A stretch of DNA of 44,976 nucleotides, taken from assembly GCF_004010195.1 (NCBI RefSeq), contig NC_057724.1:43822641-43867616 (forward strand). Direction: 5' to 3'. The translations under genes and the position numbers were made by a program. The first letter of the stretch is position 1, and each line of letters opens with the position of its first letter. The notes under the pieces were generated by a model that saw nothing but the letters and a program-made list of their open reading frames with translations, searched no databases and was not told the origin of the DNA. Shown here piece after piece: positions 1 through 10,689 of this stretch. This DNA comes from Chiloscyllium plagiosum (Eukaryota).

Positions 1-282
1 AGCTCCTTTTCCACCTATCCACTCCACCCTCTCCTCCCTGACCTATCACCTTCATCTCCTTCCCCACTGACCAATTGTACTCTATGCTATTCTCTCCCCA
101 CCCCCACCCTCCTCTAGCTTATCTCTCCACGCTTCAGGCTCTCTGCCTTTATTCCTGATGAAGGGCTTTTGCCCGAAACGTGGATTTTGCTGAAGCTCCT
201 CGGATGCTGCCTGAATTGCTGTGCTCTTCCAGCACCATTGATCCAGAATCTGGTTTCCAGCATCTGCAATCATTGTTTTTAC
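1..282 (+). mobile_element. Penelope-like element terminal-repeat fragment (family A) with hammerhead motif
   Basis: A pyrimidine-rich tract is followed by CCTGATGAAGGGCTTTTGCCCGAAACG and GCTCCTCGGATGCTGCCTG. The same sequence recurs at 27743-27797 (minus) and 40949-41043. The Penelope assignment is inferred from the minimal hammerhead and the fold-back structures of related copies. Confidence 0.75.
152..185 (+). ncRNA. Minimal hammerhead ribozyme motif, probably inactive (GUG at cleavage triplet)
   Basis: CTGATGA 155-161, extra A, stem II GGGC/TTTT/GCCC 163-174, GAAA 175-178, then CGTG. Hammerheads need NUH (H not G) at the cleavage site. Confidence 0.7.
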
Positions 283-1103
283 CACATATCAAAGCAACAG
301 ACTTCAAAATGGCAGCTTTATCATTCACTTTATCCTTTTACCTTCAGGAATAACATATTTCCCAAATACCTTTTTTTCTTTCAGAAAGCCGATCACTAAA
401 GAGAATCTGATGTTTCTCTTCCCTTTTTGCCTGAACAGTTTTTTGTGGGGAATCTGTAGACGGGATAAGCGTTTACATTCCTTTATTAACAATGCTGTGT
501 ATTAACCGTCTTTATTGAATAGGTTTCTTTGAAATAAACCAATAGTCGTGATTATTAAGAGGCCTAATTATTAGATCTTTATGTATAACCTGACACAAAT
601 CAGGTGTATAGTTGGCCATCTACGTAATTGGGAAAAGCACTTTTTATTTTATGTTATGATCAGTGGAGCAATGGGACTAGAGTGATGGTGTATTCCTCCA
701 GCCTTGGTTGTATCACTGCATTCAAAATGGCTGCATTGAGATTCAATATTACAATATCCAGCCTTAATCCAACATTATCTCTTTCTCTCTACTTTGATCA
801 TATAAGCCACCCAAATGTGCTACATATAGAAGCCTCATAATTCTTAATACTTTCAGCCCAGCCTACCATGCAGATGAAACTGATGCTTCAGCCCATTTTA
901 TCTTATTCTTCCAAAATACCAAGCCTTCCACCTTTGTATTAAGATACCCAGCACTTTTCTTACAATAAAAATATCCCCCATCTTGACATCAACCCCCTAC
1001 AGAGTAACTGAGATGTTCATTATTCTTTATAAAAATACACTGATTTTTTAGAATCAAACTTAAATTCGTCCTTTAAAAGCTGAAGCCTGCAGTTCAGTCA
1101 TAC

Positions 1104-1245
1104 CTAAAAACGTTGTTCTGAATTTATTTAATGTTTCAGCTCCACTAAAGCTGAATTTAAGTGGGACCCCCTCAGGTAACCCTCTCCCCGATTTCTTCAA
1201 AAGATCTAGGAACCTTTGAGGTAAAGTAGCAGACTTATTCTGCAT
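1104..1245 (-). CDS. Candidate alternative first coding exon of an unidentified host gene (MQNKSATLPQRFLDLLKKSGRGLPEGVPLKFSFSGAETLNKFRTTFL + 1 nt)
   Basis: ATG at 1245 has an in-frame stop just upstream. It opens 47 codons + 1 nt, ending at the donor-like TTAG|GTATGA (1103-1098). The context is non-repetitive. No homologue recognised. Confidence 0.4.
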
Positions 1246-1689
1246 TCATAACAGCAAGGTGAGCTTTTGGCACAGAGCAAGTGATTGGAAACAATCTGGA
1301 GCTCCCTGTTACACAGATGGACTGGGTCATTCAGGAAGAGTATCACTTCAGGCATTTGCTGAAATCCCAAGAGTTCACTGCGTGCTATTCAACAAACTGA
1401 CATAAATTCCAATACCACAGGCCGTATGCTTATAGTTCACAGTAAGCCCATGTCAGTTGAGCACTCTGAAATGTGGTTTAAAAAAAATTAAATAAATCAT
1501 TTGCATTTTTGTTTTAGGCACCTCTGGCCTTCAAAACCAGCCGTCTATTCTTAATGCACCTGCTGCTTCTCGTTTCTCTATCTTCCTCACTCCCTCCCCC
1601 CCACAGCATTTGAAGTTTTTTTTAAGAAAACGACCTTTGCTCGTAAACTCCACTCTCTGCAGAGTAGTTTGAAGTTACGGATTTTCTGC

Positions 1690-1730
1690 CTCACAGAGCC
1701 AGCTGGGAGCCGGCTCTTTTAAAGGTAAAA
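1690..1730 (-). promoter_or_regulatory. Possible TATA-like core promoter upstream of the 1104-1245 candidate exon
   Basis: Minus strand reads CCTTTAAAAGAGCCGGCTCCCAGCTGGC: a TTTAAAAG element at 1723-1716 followed by a GC-richer stretch. Inference only. Confidence 0.25.
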
Positions 1731-2094
1731 TTTTACAAATTCTTCTATAGAGTTGGGAAAAGGGGAGAAAGCAATTAAATCGCAAACGGGATTAAATAGC
1801 ATAAAAGGGAAAAAAAAAACAAGTGATTTAATGTTGAAGTTTCAGTAAGAATCTTTTCCAAATGCTTGACTGATAAATCAGTTTCAGCATTTCTGTTGAA
1901 CTTCAAGTAATTTTAGAATCAAATAATGCTCTTGATCAAAAAACCATGATCGGGGAATGACTCAGCCATTTTAAAACTTGTATCCTAAAGCACAATTTAT
2001 ACTCAGATACAATTCTGCCAGACTGAAACCCACAGAATCTTTTATAAGGGCTCAATCTCCATGTCCAAAACTAGAAATTGAGTATTGCCATAAC

Positions 2095-2215
2095 AAGTTT
2101 TGCAGCAGTTTACAGTTGCCATGTTTGCCTACATTATAACATTGATTACAGTTAAAAAGCATCTATTTGCCTGTGAAGCATATTAAGACAGTTGAGAATG
2201 TCAGAGGTGTTATTA
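2095..2215 (+). mobile_element. Decayed 3' tail of a Deu-domain/L2-tailed SINE
   Basis: GCCATGTTTGCCTACATTATAACA...CTGTGAAGCAT...AGGTGTTAT resembles the SINE tail at 43940-44045. Confidence 0.45.
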
Positions 2216-2920
2216 TCTACTCATTTAGTGTTTGTACTTGACCTCATCGAGCAGCAGCCAATATATAGTTGTCAGGAACAGAAGTTCTGGCTGATGTAAG
2301 CCCTATTGCAGATGAATGGTCTTGACTGATACGAATGTAGCAGTCCTTCTATTGATGTTTAGGTTGGAGGAAGTAGTTGGCGAGGGAGGAAACGGACAGT
2401 GGCTCAGGCTCTCTTTGTGGAAACTTGATAAAAACTGCTTTGTTCTTCCTGGCCCAACAAAAATAAAAGTTGCAACCCAACTTTGGGATGGTCTCTGACT
2501 GGGCTGAGTTACCAGTAGATACTAGCTGGAGTGTGTGCAGCACACAATCTTTACAAGTGCAACAATTGAAATGAAGTTCGTGTACATCATAAGACTTTGA
2601 TCAGCACGTTCAGTGAGTCTGCTGCATAAATCGTGGGACTGTGCCTGCTGCCAAACATGAGGCTTAAGGAGACATTGCTATCACCTTTATAATGGAGAGG
2701 TAGGTTATGGCCCACCATTTTTGGAGTGCTACTGCTCTTTCTAACAACTTGAAAATCCACCCACCAGGCAATTTTGCCATTTTTAAAAAACAAAACAGAG
2801 CAGAAATCTTCAACAGGAATTTTTAAAAAAGACACTTGAGATTTATTGGAAAAGCAACTAGAAGCTCATGATGATTTGAATGTAGTGTTTCTTAAAAACA
2901 AAAGCAGGGATTTGCCTTAC

Positions 2921-2935
2921 CGAGACACTGTAAAT
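2921..2935 (-). CDS. Candidate 15-nt frame-preserving microexon (ATTTACAGTGTCTCG)
   Basis: Minus strand: TTTGATCTGCAAGTTTGCTTCTTCCTTTTCAG|ATTTACAGTGTCTCG|GTAAGG. Strong acceptor and donor, length a multiple of 3, no stop in any frame, TGC motifs close to the 3' splice site. Confidence 0.6.
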
Positions 2936-3406
2936 CTGAAAAGGAAGAAGCAAACTTGCAGATCAAAACACGAGATTCTCTGATGCATTTTCAGCCTATC
3001 TTGAGCCATAAAGATTTGAATGAGCTCTGATACTCAGCCGAGTCCAGCTATGGTGACACTTAAGATACGACAGATTTGTTTAGCCTTTCCAGTATAAACT
3101 AGTGGATTTTTTTTTTAAAATGTTCCCACTTCTGAATACTATCTGGTTATCATTGCTGGAAAGCTCATTTTTGTACACGTTGAGTAAAGTGGAATTGGGC
3201 CTGTTTGTATCATTCAGCCAGTGAAAACTATAACTGCTCTCTATTCAGTCTTGCAGATTAAGCTTAGTTAATGAGGTGAGGTATAGAAGGCTGCTGACAC
3301 CTGGTGACTGTTCCCCAGCAATTGGATGTGACTTCAACTTTGTATATTTCATGCTATTGTTTAAAATCAAAGTCTCCATAACAACAATGGGGCTGCTCTC
3401 TCATGT

Positions 3407-3407
3407 G

Positions 3408-3443
<36 letters not shown>

Positions 3444-3456
3444 AGAGAGAGAAAGC

Positions 3457-3494
<38 letters not shown>
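3407..3494. repeat. (GA)n microsatellite, imperfect
   Basis: Direct reading. It explains the RE repeat in ORF 3276-3632. Confidence 0.97.
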
Positions 3495-3849
3495 CAGTTA
3501 CCCCAGCATATTCAAGCAGTTGTAAAACAACCCTCTGGATTGTCTTGTCTACTGACAGCTGACCAAGTCGATATTGTGTGTACTGTACACAATCTAAAAA
3601 GTCAAAATTACTCCAGTACTTTCAGAAGATAGGTACAGGGAAAAGGCTGAAGGATGCAAAAATGGGGAAAATGTTGAAAGGAAAACAAGCAAAGAAATAT
3701 GTGCAGAAGCTCCAGTGATCCACACTCGGAGCAGGTAGTACAAGAGGTATACATTCAGTTACATTGTTAAACAAAACCCCAAAATAGATGCTTAAATTTA
3801 ATGCAGTTGTGATTTTATGATTACATCCCACTGCTTGAACAGGATAAGA

Positions 3850-3937
3850 GTTCTGAAGAGGAGTCATAACTCTGTTTCTCTCTCCACAGATGCTGCCAAA
3901 CCCGCTGTGTTACTCCACTTTCTGCATTGGTTTCAGA
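3850..3937 (+). mobile_element. Penelope-like family C fragment with internally deleted hammerhead
   Basis: GTTCTGAAGAGGAGTCAT-AACTCTGTTTCTCTCTCCACAGATGCTGCC. It is the reverse complement of copies at 7140-7240, 15707-15838 and 26560-26655. Confidence 0.6.
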
Positions 3938-4099
3938 GCTTCATTTTCTCACGAGGCTTCACTTTTACAAGTCCTTTTGGAAATCCTATTTTTACTATAT
4001 CAACAGGAGTGTTATAGAAATGAATCAATATTAATAAAAATGAAGTAATGGCTGCCTTCTGTACACATTTTAAAACTAAGAATTTTACATTTTGATATT

Positions 4100-4242
4100 C
4101 ATAAACAAAAACTTGGACTGCCATAGTATTAAGGGCTTGGATGCAGAGGAATTTGTTAAGTTTGTACAAGAAAATTTTCTGATTCATTATGTGGATATAC
4201 CCACGAGAGAAGGTGCAAAACTTGACCTACTCTTGGGAAATA
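4100..4242 (+). mobile_element. CR1/HER1 LINE ORF2 endonuclease-domain fragment
   Basis: Translation GLDAEEFVKFVQENFLIHYVDIPTREGAKLDLLLGN matches the CR1 APE C-terminal motif (PTR...LDL). Confidence 0.85.
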
Positions 4243-4248
4243 GAGTCA

Positions 4249-4480
4249 GTGGAGTTTGCACATTCTCCCAGTGTCTGCGTGGGTTTCCTTCGGGTGCTCT
4301 GGTTTCCTCCCACAGTCCAAAAATGTGCAGATTAGGTGAATTGGCCATGCTAAATTGCCCGTAGTGTTAGGCGAAGGGGTAAATGTAGGGGAATGGGTCT
4401 AGGTGGGTTGTGCTTCAGCGGGTCGGTGTGGACTTGTTGGGCCGAAGGGCCTGTTTCCACACTGTAAGTAATCTAATCTA
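4249..4480 (+). mobile_element. HE1-like (V-SINE) SINE, 5'-truncated
   Basis: GTGGAGTTTGCACATTCTCCCC...GGTTTCCTCCCACAGTCCAAAAATGTGCAG...GGGCCGAAGGGCCTGTTTCCACACTGTA with an ATCTA-repeat tail. Same family as 13495 and 33716. Confidence 0.9.
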
Positions 4481-4987
4481 GATGTACAGCATGAAAACAG
4501 ACCCTTCGGTCCAACTCATCCATGCCGACCAGATATTCCACCACAATCGAGTCCCACCTGCCAGCACCCAGCTCATATCCCTCCAAACCCTTCCTATTCA
4601 GATATCTATCCAGATGCCTTTTACATCCTGTACCTCAGGATTCCCTCCAATAACTTGCCAACCATTGACATCAAGCTCACACTATAGTGCCCAGGCTTGT
4701 CCTTACCACCAGTCTTAAATTGTGGCACCACATTAGCCAACCTCCAGTCTTCCAGCACCTCATCTGTGACTATCAATGATACAAATATCTCAGTAAGAGG
4801 TCCAGCAATCACTTTACTAGCTTCCCACAGAGTTCTCGGGTTTACCTGACCAGGTCTTAGGGATTTATCCACTTTTATGCGTTTCAAGACATCCAGCATT
4901 TCCTCCTCTGCAATATGGACATTTTTCAAGGTATCACCATCTATTTCCCTACAGTCTATATCTTCCATGTCCTTTTCCATAGTAAAT
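4481..4987 (-). mobile_element. CR1/HER1 LINE: 3' tail (4481-4622) fused to a pre-RT ORF2 segment (4623-4987)
   Basis: ORF 4621-5022 gives LKRIKVDKSLRPGQVNPRTL...DWRLANVVPQFKTGGKDKPGHY, a CR1 ORF2 signature. The tail matches 15343-15500. Confidence 0.9.
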
Positions 4988-4988
4988 A

Positions 4989-5035
4989 GTTGGACCGAAG
5001 GGACTGTTTTTGTGCTGTACATCTCTATGACTCAA
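4989..5035 (+). mobile_element. HER1 LINE 3' tail fragment, inverted relative to 4480-4515
   Basis: GTTGGACCGAAGGGACTGTTTTTGTGCTGTACATCT is close to the reverse complement of 4480-4515. Confidence 0.8.
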
Positions 5036-5250
5036 AGAATTGAAAAACCAAACATGGTGTGATGGTCGATGGATCCAACATTTCACTGTGCGATAAGTCC
5101 AGCAATTGCAAGAAATCACAACTTGAATCAGGCTGTATTGTATTGTAAAGCATCACTTGCCCACACTGTAATTTCAAAGACAACTAGGGCATTTTCTGCA
5201 CTGCTGGACAGGCAGACATTGACCCCTGACTCCTTTCTAATTTGACTTAC

Positions 5251-5320
5251 ACTCAGGCGGGGCACAAGCTGATAAGCAGGTGAGGAGGTTATTTGCCACA
5301 ATCAGACTCATACACAGACT
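5251..5320 (-). CDS. Candidate 70-nt exon (one open frame SLCMSLIVANNLLTCLSACAPPE, ending in phase 1)
   Basis: Minus strand: CTGACCCATTTTGTCCTCAG| ... GAGT|GTAAGT, i.e. a branch-point-like CTGAC, an acceptor and a consensus donor. Only one of three frames is open, and it contains an ATG. Confidence 0.4.
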
Positions 5321-5534
5321 CTGAGGACAAAATGGGTCAGCAGGCTAATCAAACAGTTACACATTCTCACGCTTCAGCCGGTGCTCAGAATTCCACCGTC
5401 ACCTTCAGCTTGTTTCACAAATAGATGCAGCCAACTGTTTTGATAGTTCTACTATTTGTTTGCAAGAAGGACCTTTGACATATAAACCCTGATTTCCACA
5501 TGACCAGTCCCCCACCATGAAACGTTAACCATTA

Positions 5535-5711
5535 GAGAAGTGATCCTTGAGAAGCACAGGTACTTGCGAAGGAAAAAACCATGCACGGTTACGGGGTGAA
5601 GGCAGGAGAAAGGCAAGAGATGAGATGCTAATTTGGAGAACCAGTACAAACACAATGTACTGAATGGTTTCCTTCTGCACTAATGATTTTGGTGATTTTG
5701 TAATTTTGTGA
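5535..5711 (+). mobile_element. Decayed CR1 LINE 3' end
   Basis: GGTTACGGGGTGAAGGCAGGAG...TGAATGGTTTCCTTCTGCACT followed by a GATTTTG-like tandem tail. Confidence 0.6.
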
Positions 5712-5806
5712 CTCAGTCAGCAAATATTAATAAATTGTAAGGGCTTGACTTTATTCGTTAGGACCAGCACAACACCGTGCTCAATGCCTTAAACTATTCT
5801 GCATCA

Positions 5807-5936
5807 TGATGTAAAGGAGCTGGTGTTGGACTGGGGCGGACAAATTTAAAAATCACACAACACCCAGTTACAGTCCAACAGGTTTGTTTGAAGGAGCAGC
5901 GCTCTGAAAGCTAGTGCTTTCATCAGGTAGTTGTGG
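5807..5936 (-). mobile_element. Penelope-like family B short element with 12-bp TSD and internally inverted ribozyme core
   Basis: Flanked by TATTCTGCATCA at 5795-5806 and 5937-5948. The body matches 24880-25004. Confidence 0.85.
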
Positions 5937-6109
5937 TATTCTGCATCAGCTAGCCTTTAGAAAGATGTGGTAGGACTCTGGCATCATTAAGTAGCCATTA
6001 ATTGTTTGAGTTGAAAACAATGAGCATTACCTGGGCATTGATGGCTGAAGAAAGCACCATTGTTAAAAATAATGCTACCCTCAAACATGAAGAGAAAAAG
6101 GATATGTGA

Positions 6110-7961
6110 AGGCAAATGTAGGTGCCTCACAATCAGAAACAGAGGCAGTTATTATGGGGGATAAAAAGATGACAGAATAATTAAATGCATACTTTAGTTC
6201 TATATTCAAAAAAGAGAACATAAATAACATTCCAAAAAATATTGGGGAACACAGGGTCTAGTGAAACGGAGAAAAGAAGGAAATTCATATTAGTAGGGAA
6301 AAACTTGATGGCATTAAAGGCTCAAATCCCCAGGGCCTGAATGTACATCCCAGAGTACTTAATGAGTTAGCTCCAGAACTTTGGTGGTCATCTTTCAAGA
6401 TTCTACAGACTCTGGAACAGTTCTTTGAATTGGAGGCTACCAAATGCAACATCACTATTTAAAAAAGCAAAGAGAGAAAACAAGAAATTAAATGACTGGT
6501 TTGACATCAGAAAGGGGGAAAATACCAGAGTCAATTACACAAGATTTAAAAGCAGAGCACTCAGAAAACAGAAAAATCAATATGTACTTTGGAAAAGCAA
6601 ATCATGGTGGAAACAATACTAGAACTATTCGAGGATGTAACTCGTAAAGTTGATAAGAGGAAGTCAATGGATGTGGTTTACTTGAACTTTCCGACGGCCT
6701 GTGATAAGGTCTCATGAAAGATATTCGGATGTAAAATTAATGTGTTTGGAACTTAAGGTGGTCTGGATAGAGAACTGGTTGGCAGACAGAGTGTAGGATT
6801 AAAACAAATCTATGAAACAGTGACTAGTGGGGTAGTACAGGAATCAGTGCTGGGCCCCAGCTATTCACAATAACTATTAATGATTTAGATGAGCAATTTA
6901 CATCCAATATCTCCAAGTTTGCAGATGACACAAAGTTGGGGGTGAGGGTGAGCTGTGCGGAGGATGTGGAGATACTTCAGTGAGATTTGGGCAAGGTGAG
7001 TGAATGGAAATGCTTGGCAGATGAAGTGTAATGTGAAAAAATGTAAGGTTATCCACGGTAACAAAAAGCAAGAAGGCAGATTATTATCTGAATGATGATA
7101 AACTGGGAAAGGTGAAAGTGCAATGAGACCTGTGTGCCGACAGAAAACAAAAAAACGCTGGCAATGAAGCAGGCCAAGCAGAATCCACGGAGAGAACGCA
7201 AGCTAACGTTTCTAGTCTAGATGACTCTTCATCAGGGCTAGAGATCCTAGATGTCCTTGTACAGCAGTCGCTGAAAGTCAATGTGCAGATGCAGCAGGCA
7301 GTGAAGGAGGCAAATGCTATAATGGCCTTCGGTGAGAGGATTAGAGCACAGCAGCCGGGATGTTTTCTGTAATTATACAGAATTTTGAGTGCAACCACAC
7401 CTGGAATATTATATGCAGTTTTGATCTCCTTACCAGAGGAACTATGTTCTGGCAATGAAGTGAGTGCAACAGAGAATTTGTTCCTACCTTTACCAGCCTG
7501 ATTCCTAGAATGGCAGGGCTGATGTATGAAGAGAGACTAGGTTGGTTAGGATTATAGTAATTGGAGTTTATAAGAATGAGGGGAGATCTCACGGAAACAC
7601 AAAATTCTAACAGGACTAGCCAGGGTAAACACAGAAGGACATTCCCAATATTTGGGAGTCCAGAGCCATGAGTAATATTCTAAGGATACAGGATAGACCA
7701 TTTAGGACAGAGATGAGGAGACATCTTTTCATCCAGAGAGTGGAGAGCCTGTGGAATTCTCTGCCACAGAAAATGATGTCACAACAGTGAATCTATTGAA
7801 AAGGGAATTATATAGTTCTTAGGGTAAAAGGGATCAAAGGATAGGGGGAGAAAATAGGAACAGAGTGCTGAGCAGGATTATCAGCCACGATCATACTGAA
7901 TGGTGGAGCAGTCTCAAAGGACTGAATGGTCTAATCCTGCTCCTGGTTCTATGTTTCTTAT
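6110..7961 (+). mobile_element. CR1 LINE ORF2 (RT) and 3' UTR, degenerate
   Basis: Remnant motifs WRLPNATSLFKK and VTSGVVQESVLGPQLFTITINDLDE...SKFADDTKLG (about 6820-6940), plus a CR1 3' end CTGAATGGTCTAATCCTGCTCCTGGTTCTATGTTTCTTAT. Many stops and frameshifts. Confidence 0.92.
7140..7240 (-). mobile_element. Penelope-like family C insert with hammerhead motif, nested in the CR1 LINE
   Basis: Minus strand AGCC-CTGATGA-A-GAGTC-ATCTA-GACTA-GAAA-CGTT-AGCT. It interrupts the CR1 sequence, whose GAGACCTG..TG.CC segment appears degraded on both sides. Confidence 0.75.
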
Positions 7962-9429
7962 CTAACATTGATATATGTTCTTTTTGCTAGGAGTACAGTA
8001 ATCAGGATCTTTGCCTGCTTTCCCCCACACCGATTTTTTAAGCCCAAGGTCAACTGTAACATCTGAAGTATTAAGAGCAGCAAAATCATGAATTAATTTG
8101 AGACATTCCAGTCCTACATAGCTCAGTATCACGCCAGACAGTGATATATTCACTGCACCAATAAGGGTCTTTTGTAAAGATGCTTTTCTCTCTCAAATTT
8201 ATCATTCACAATTTATGTTATAAATTGTAAAGCTGTTGATTCATCCACACAAATATTTTGCAGGGCCTTATACTGCAGATGCCAAATTCATCTTTAAAAC
8301 CCATAAGAGTTGCACATTAACCCCCAGTATCACACGCCATTAACTCAGATGACGGCATATAACATAATTAGATGTGAGAGCAACCATTTTCTCAGTATGT
8401 GAAACTTGCTAATTCAATTTTGCTTGTTAATTAGAGCAGCCAGGTGCTGCGTCTTCTTGTTTTGGACTGTGTAAGCACTGACAGAAGGAAGAGAAGCCTC
8501 CATCTCAGTTGCTGAAGGTTAAGGGCATCATTAATAATGTCCAAGAGAAGAGAAGGAACTCTGTTTCTATTGTGCTTCCCTCTTCACCAAGTCAGCCTTT
8601 AACACACTTTAAGCCTTGGGCCTTGCATTCAGGCCTATTCAGAACTCAAGCCAGACAAGGCCGCATTCTCCCCTCCAATTGGATTTACATGATTTCACTA
8701 CTGAGGCATAAACGGCATATCCAGGTTACCATGGAAACTTCAGCTTTCTCCTTCTCCACGTAACAAAGTTTTTTTTCTTGGTTGCATTGTGTGTGTTTAA
8801 ATCAACTAAGTGCACGATAGCATTTGCCGTGAATGCATCTGGTGTACGGTCTCTTAACAAAATTATCACTCATTAAAAGTCTTTCGATCTCCTCTTCTAT
8901 TCAGCTATGCAGACAGGCAGAATTGTAAATCTCCCCATGAATACCTCCAGACCCTCCTCAGTATGCCAGCTAATTTATTTATAGCTTCATCTTCCTGTCA
9001 AGTCCTCTCTGTTTCTGGAGGGCACTGTCTGTATCTACTGATGCTGCACTGTGGGCAGTAGCAGCAACAATATTGCAGACACACCAACTGAGAAGTGCTG
9101 TGGCCATTCTCTGCATCTTTTCTATCACATTAACAGTACAGAGTAATTTTATGAAATGCATCGTGCAAGATTGAGGAAGAGCGTCAGGTCCAGTTTTATA
9201 ACAATTAGTATAGAACTGCTGTTCCTAATTCGGCAATGAACACAAGGTGGAAATAACTTAAAAGGTGATATAACATTAGAGAGATCAGTAAAGATACAGA
9301 ATAGAACTAAAGTTTTACAAAATAGAGTTGGATACTTTCAAGGCCAGTGAAACTGGAATCTAACTATATGAAGTATTAAATTCTGATCAAAAATGTGCTA
9401 AGTAGTAGCACAGAGAGCTACAGTTTGTA

Positions 9430-9815
9430 CAATGTAATAGGACAATTCCAAGGCACTGGAAAATGTTGACAAGTATAGCTGCAATGGTATAAAATACATC
9501 TGCAGGAATTGCACTCATATTCCAAACACTGTTCAGGCCACAGTTAAATTCCGTGTTCACTTTTGGCCACCAAGCTCCACAAATACGAAGGATTCATTGG
9601 GAAGGATTCAAAGATCAATAGGACAGATTCTAACTATAAAATGATGTGCATAAGGAATGATTAAAGAAGCTTCAGCTTCAGAATCAAAGTTGTACAAAAA
9701 AGCAACCAGCAGGCTAACATTAGAGAACATTAAAATATTGCTTGAAAAATGAAGAGTGAATGACAAAAAGTAAATAGAAATTTGTAACAAGTCGATTTCG
9801 CACAACGTTTAGGAA
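9430..9815 (+). mobile_element. Highly decayed CR1-like LINE 3' part
   Basis: CCACAGTTAAATTCCGTGTTCACTTTTGGCCACCA resembles the CR1 PxLEYCVQFWxP segment seen at 31275-31310. Confidence 0.4.
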
Positions 9816-10126
9816 GAACTTCGCTACTAAAAAATGTACTAAAAATTTCTAAGTGCTGCTGAGGTCTTAATATTCCAAATCAAAATACTTTGAAAACACT
9901 TGTCATGCAAGATCAAAGGAAAAGCCCATTTACCAGCCGATCACCTTTCATGCAAAGAACAATCCTGTTTCATCAAAAATCTCTCATTGCATTTGTTGAT
10001 AAAGGAGAACTGTTACCAAAACAAATGTGCACCTGCAAATCATCTTGTACTTTTGCAAACTGTTACTTGGTAACTAAGTAGTAGTTTATCAATATCAGTT
10101 TGGTGTCAATTGTGAGTGTGAAAAAA

Positions 10127-10299
10127 GTAAAGGTAAAGTCACCATAGTCATACAGAATTACAGTGAGACAACTGAGTATCACCAGACCTTAAGTGAGAGA
10201 TGAGATTGTGCAAGAGAGTCCTTCATGGTAACTCAGCCAGTGTGGAAATCAAACCCCCAGTGTAAGCATTAATCTGCACTGAAAGCCAACTGAGCTAAC
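10127..10299 (-). mobile_element. tRNA-derived SINE, decayed
   Basis: Minus strand starts GTTAGCTCAGTTGG (A-box-like), contains GGTTTGATTTCC (B-box-like) and ends GACTATGGTGACTTTACCTTT. Confidence 0.7.
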
Positions 10300-10689
10300 A
10301 TTTAAGTTGAAAAAATATTCCTTTCCAGAGATCCATATTTTTATCAGTTTTGATAAGGGAATGTAGATAGTTAATTTCACAAGACATGGTTAATGGCTGT
10401 TTAGGGTAGTTTTACTTTACTTCTTTGTATTTTCTGTGTGCAACAAGGCAAACAGGGCTGGTGATGTTCAATGAGAGACGACAGGAGTGCAGAGTAGAAA
10501 GTTACATTTAAACATAATGCATTTCAGGGCCATTCAACTGGTTTTTATCATGTGATGTTTCAGGAAGGGAGTGTGTTGCAAGACAAGATGGCCTATTTTG
10601 AGGAGAGATTCAGAGCAATTTTACCTGATTGTCTCTCTAAGGCTGGTTAGGCTTATTGGGACTGGGGTGGAAGAACTGTAATGGTTGCT

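Noticed and set aside
620-960. Possible very old L2/CR1 RT remnant (SLNPTLSLSLY, HADET)
   Set aside because: Motifs too degenerate to support by eye.
1140-1258. Plus-strand splice-like sites around 1139-1259 and 1518-1725
   Set aside because: The longer candidate frames contain stops and no consistent plus-strand exon chain emerges.
2240-2700. Minus-strand frames after an acceptor-like TTTTTGTTGGGCCAG; faint LINE RT resemblance
   Set aside because: All frames stop early with no good donor. The similarity to an ancient LINE is too weak to call.
3276-3632. 118-aa ORF with RE repeats
   Set aside because: The frame is kept open by a GA microsatellite and there is no other coding signal.
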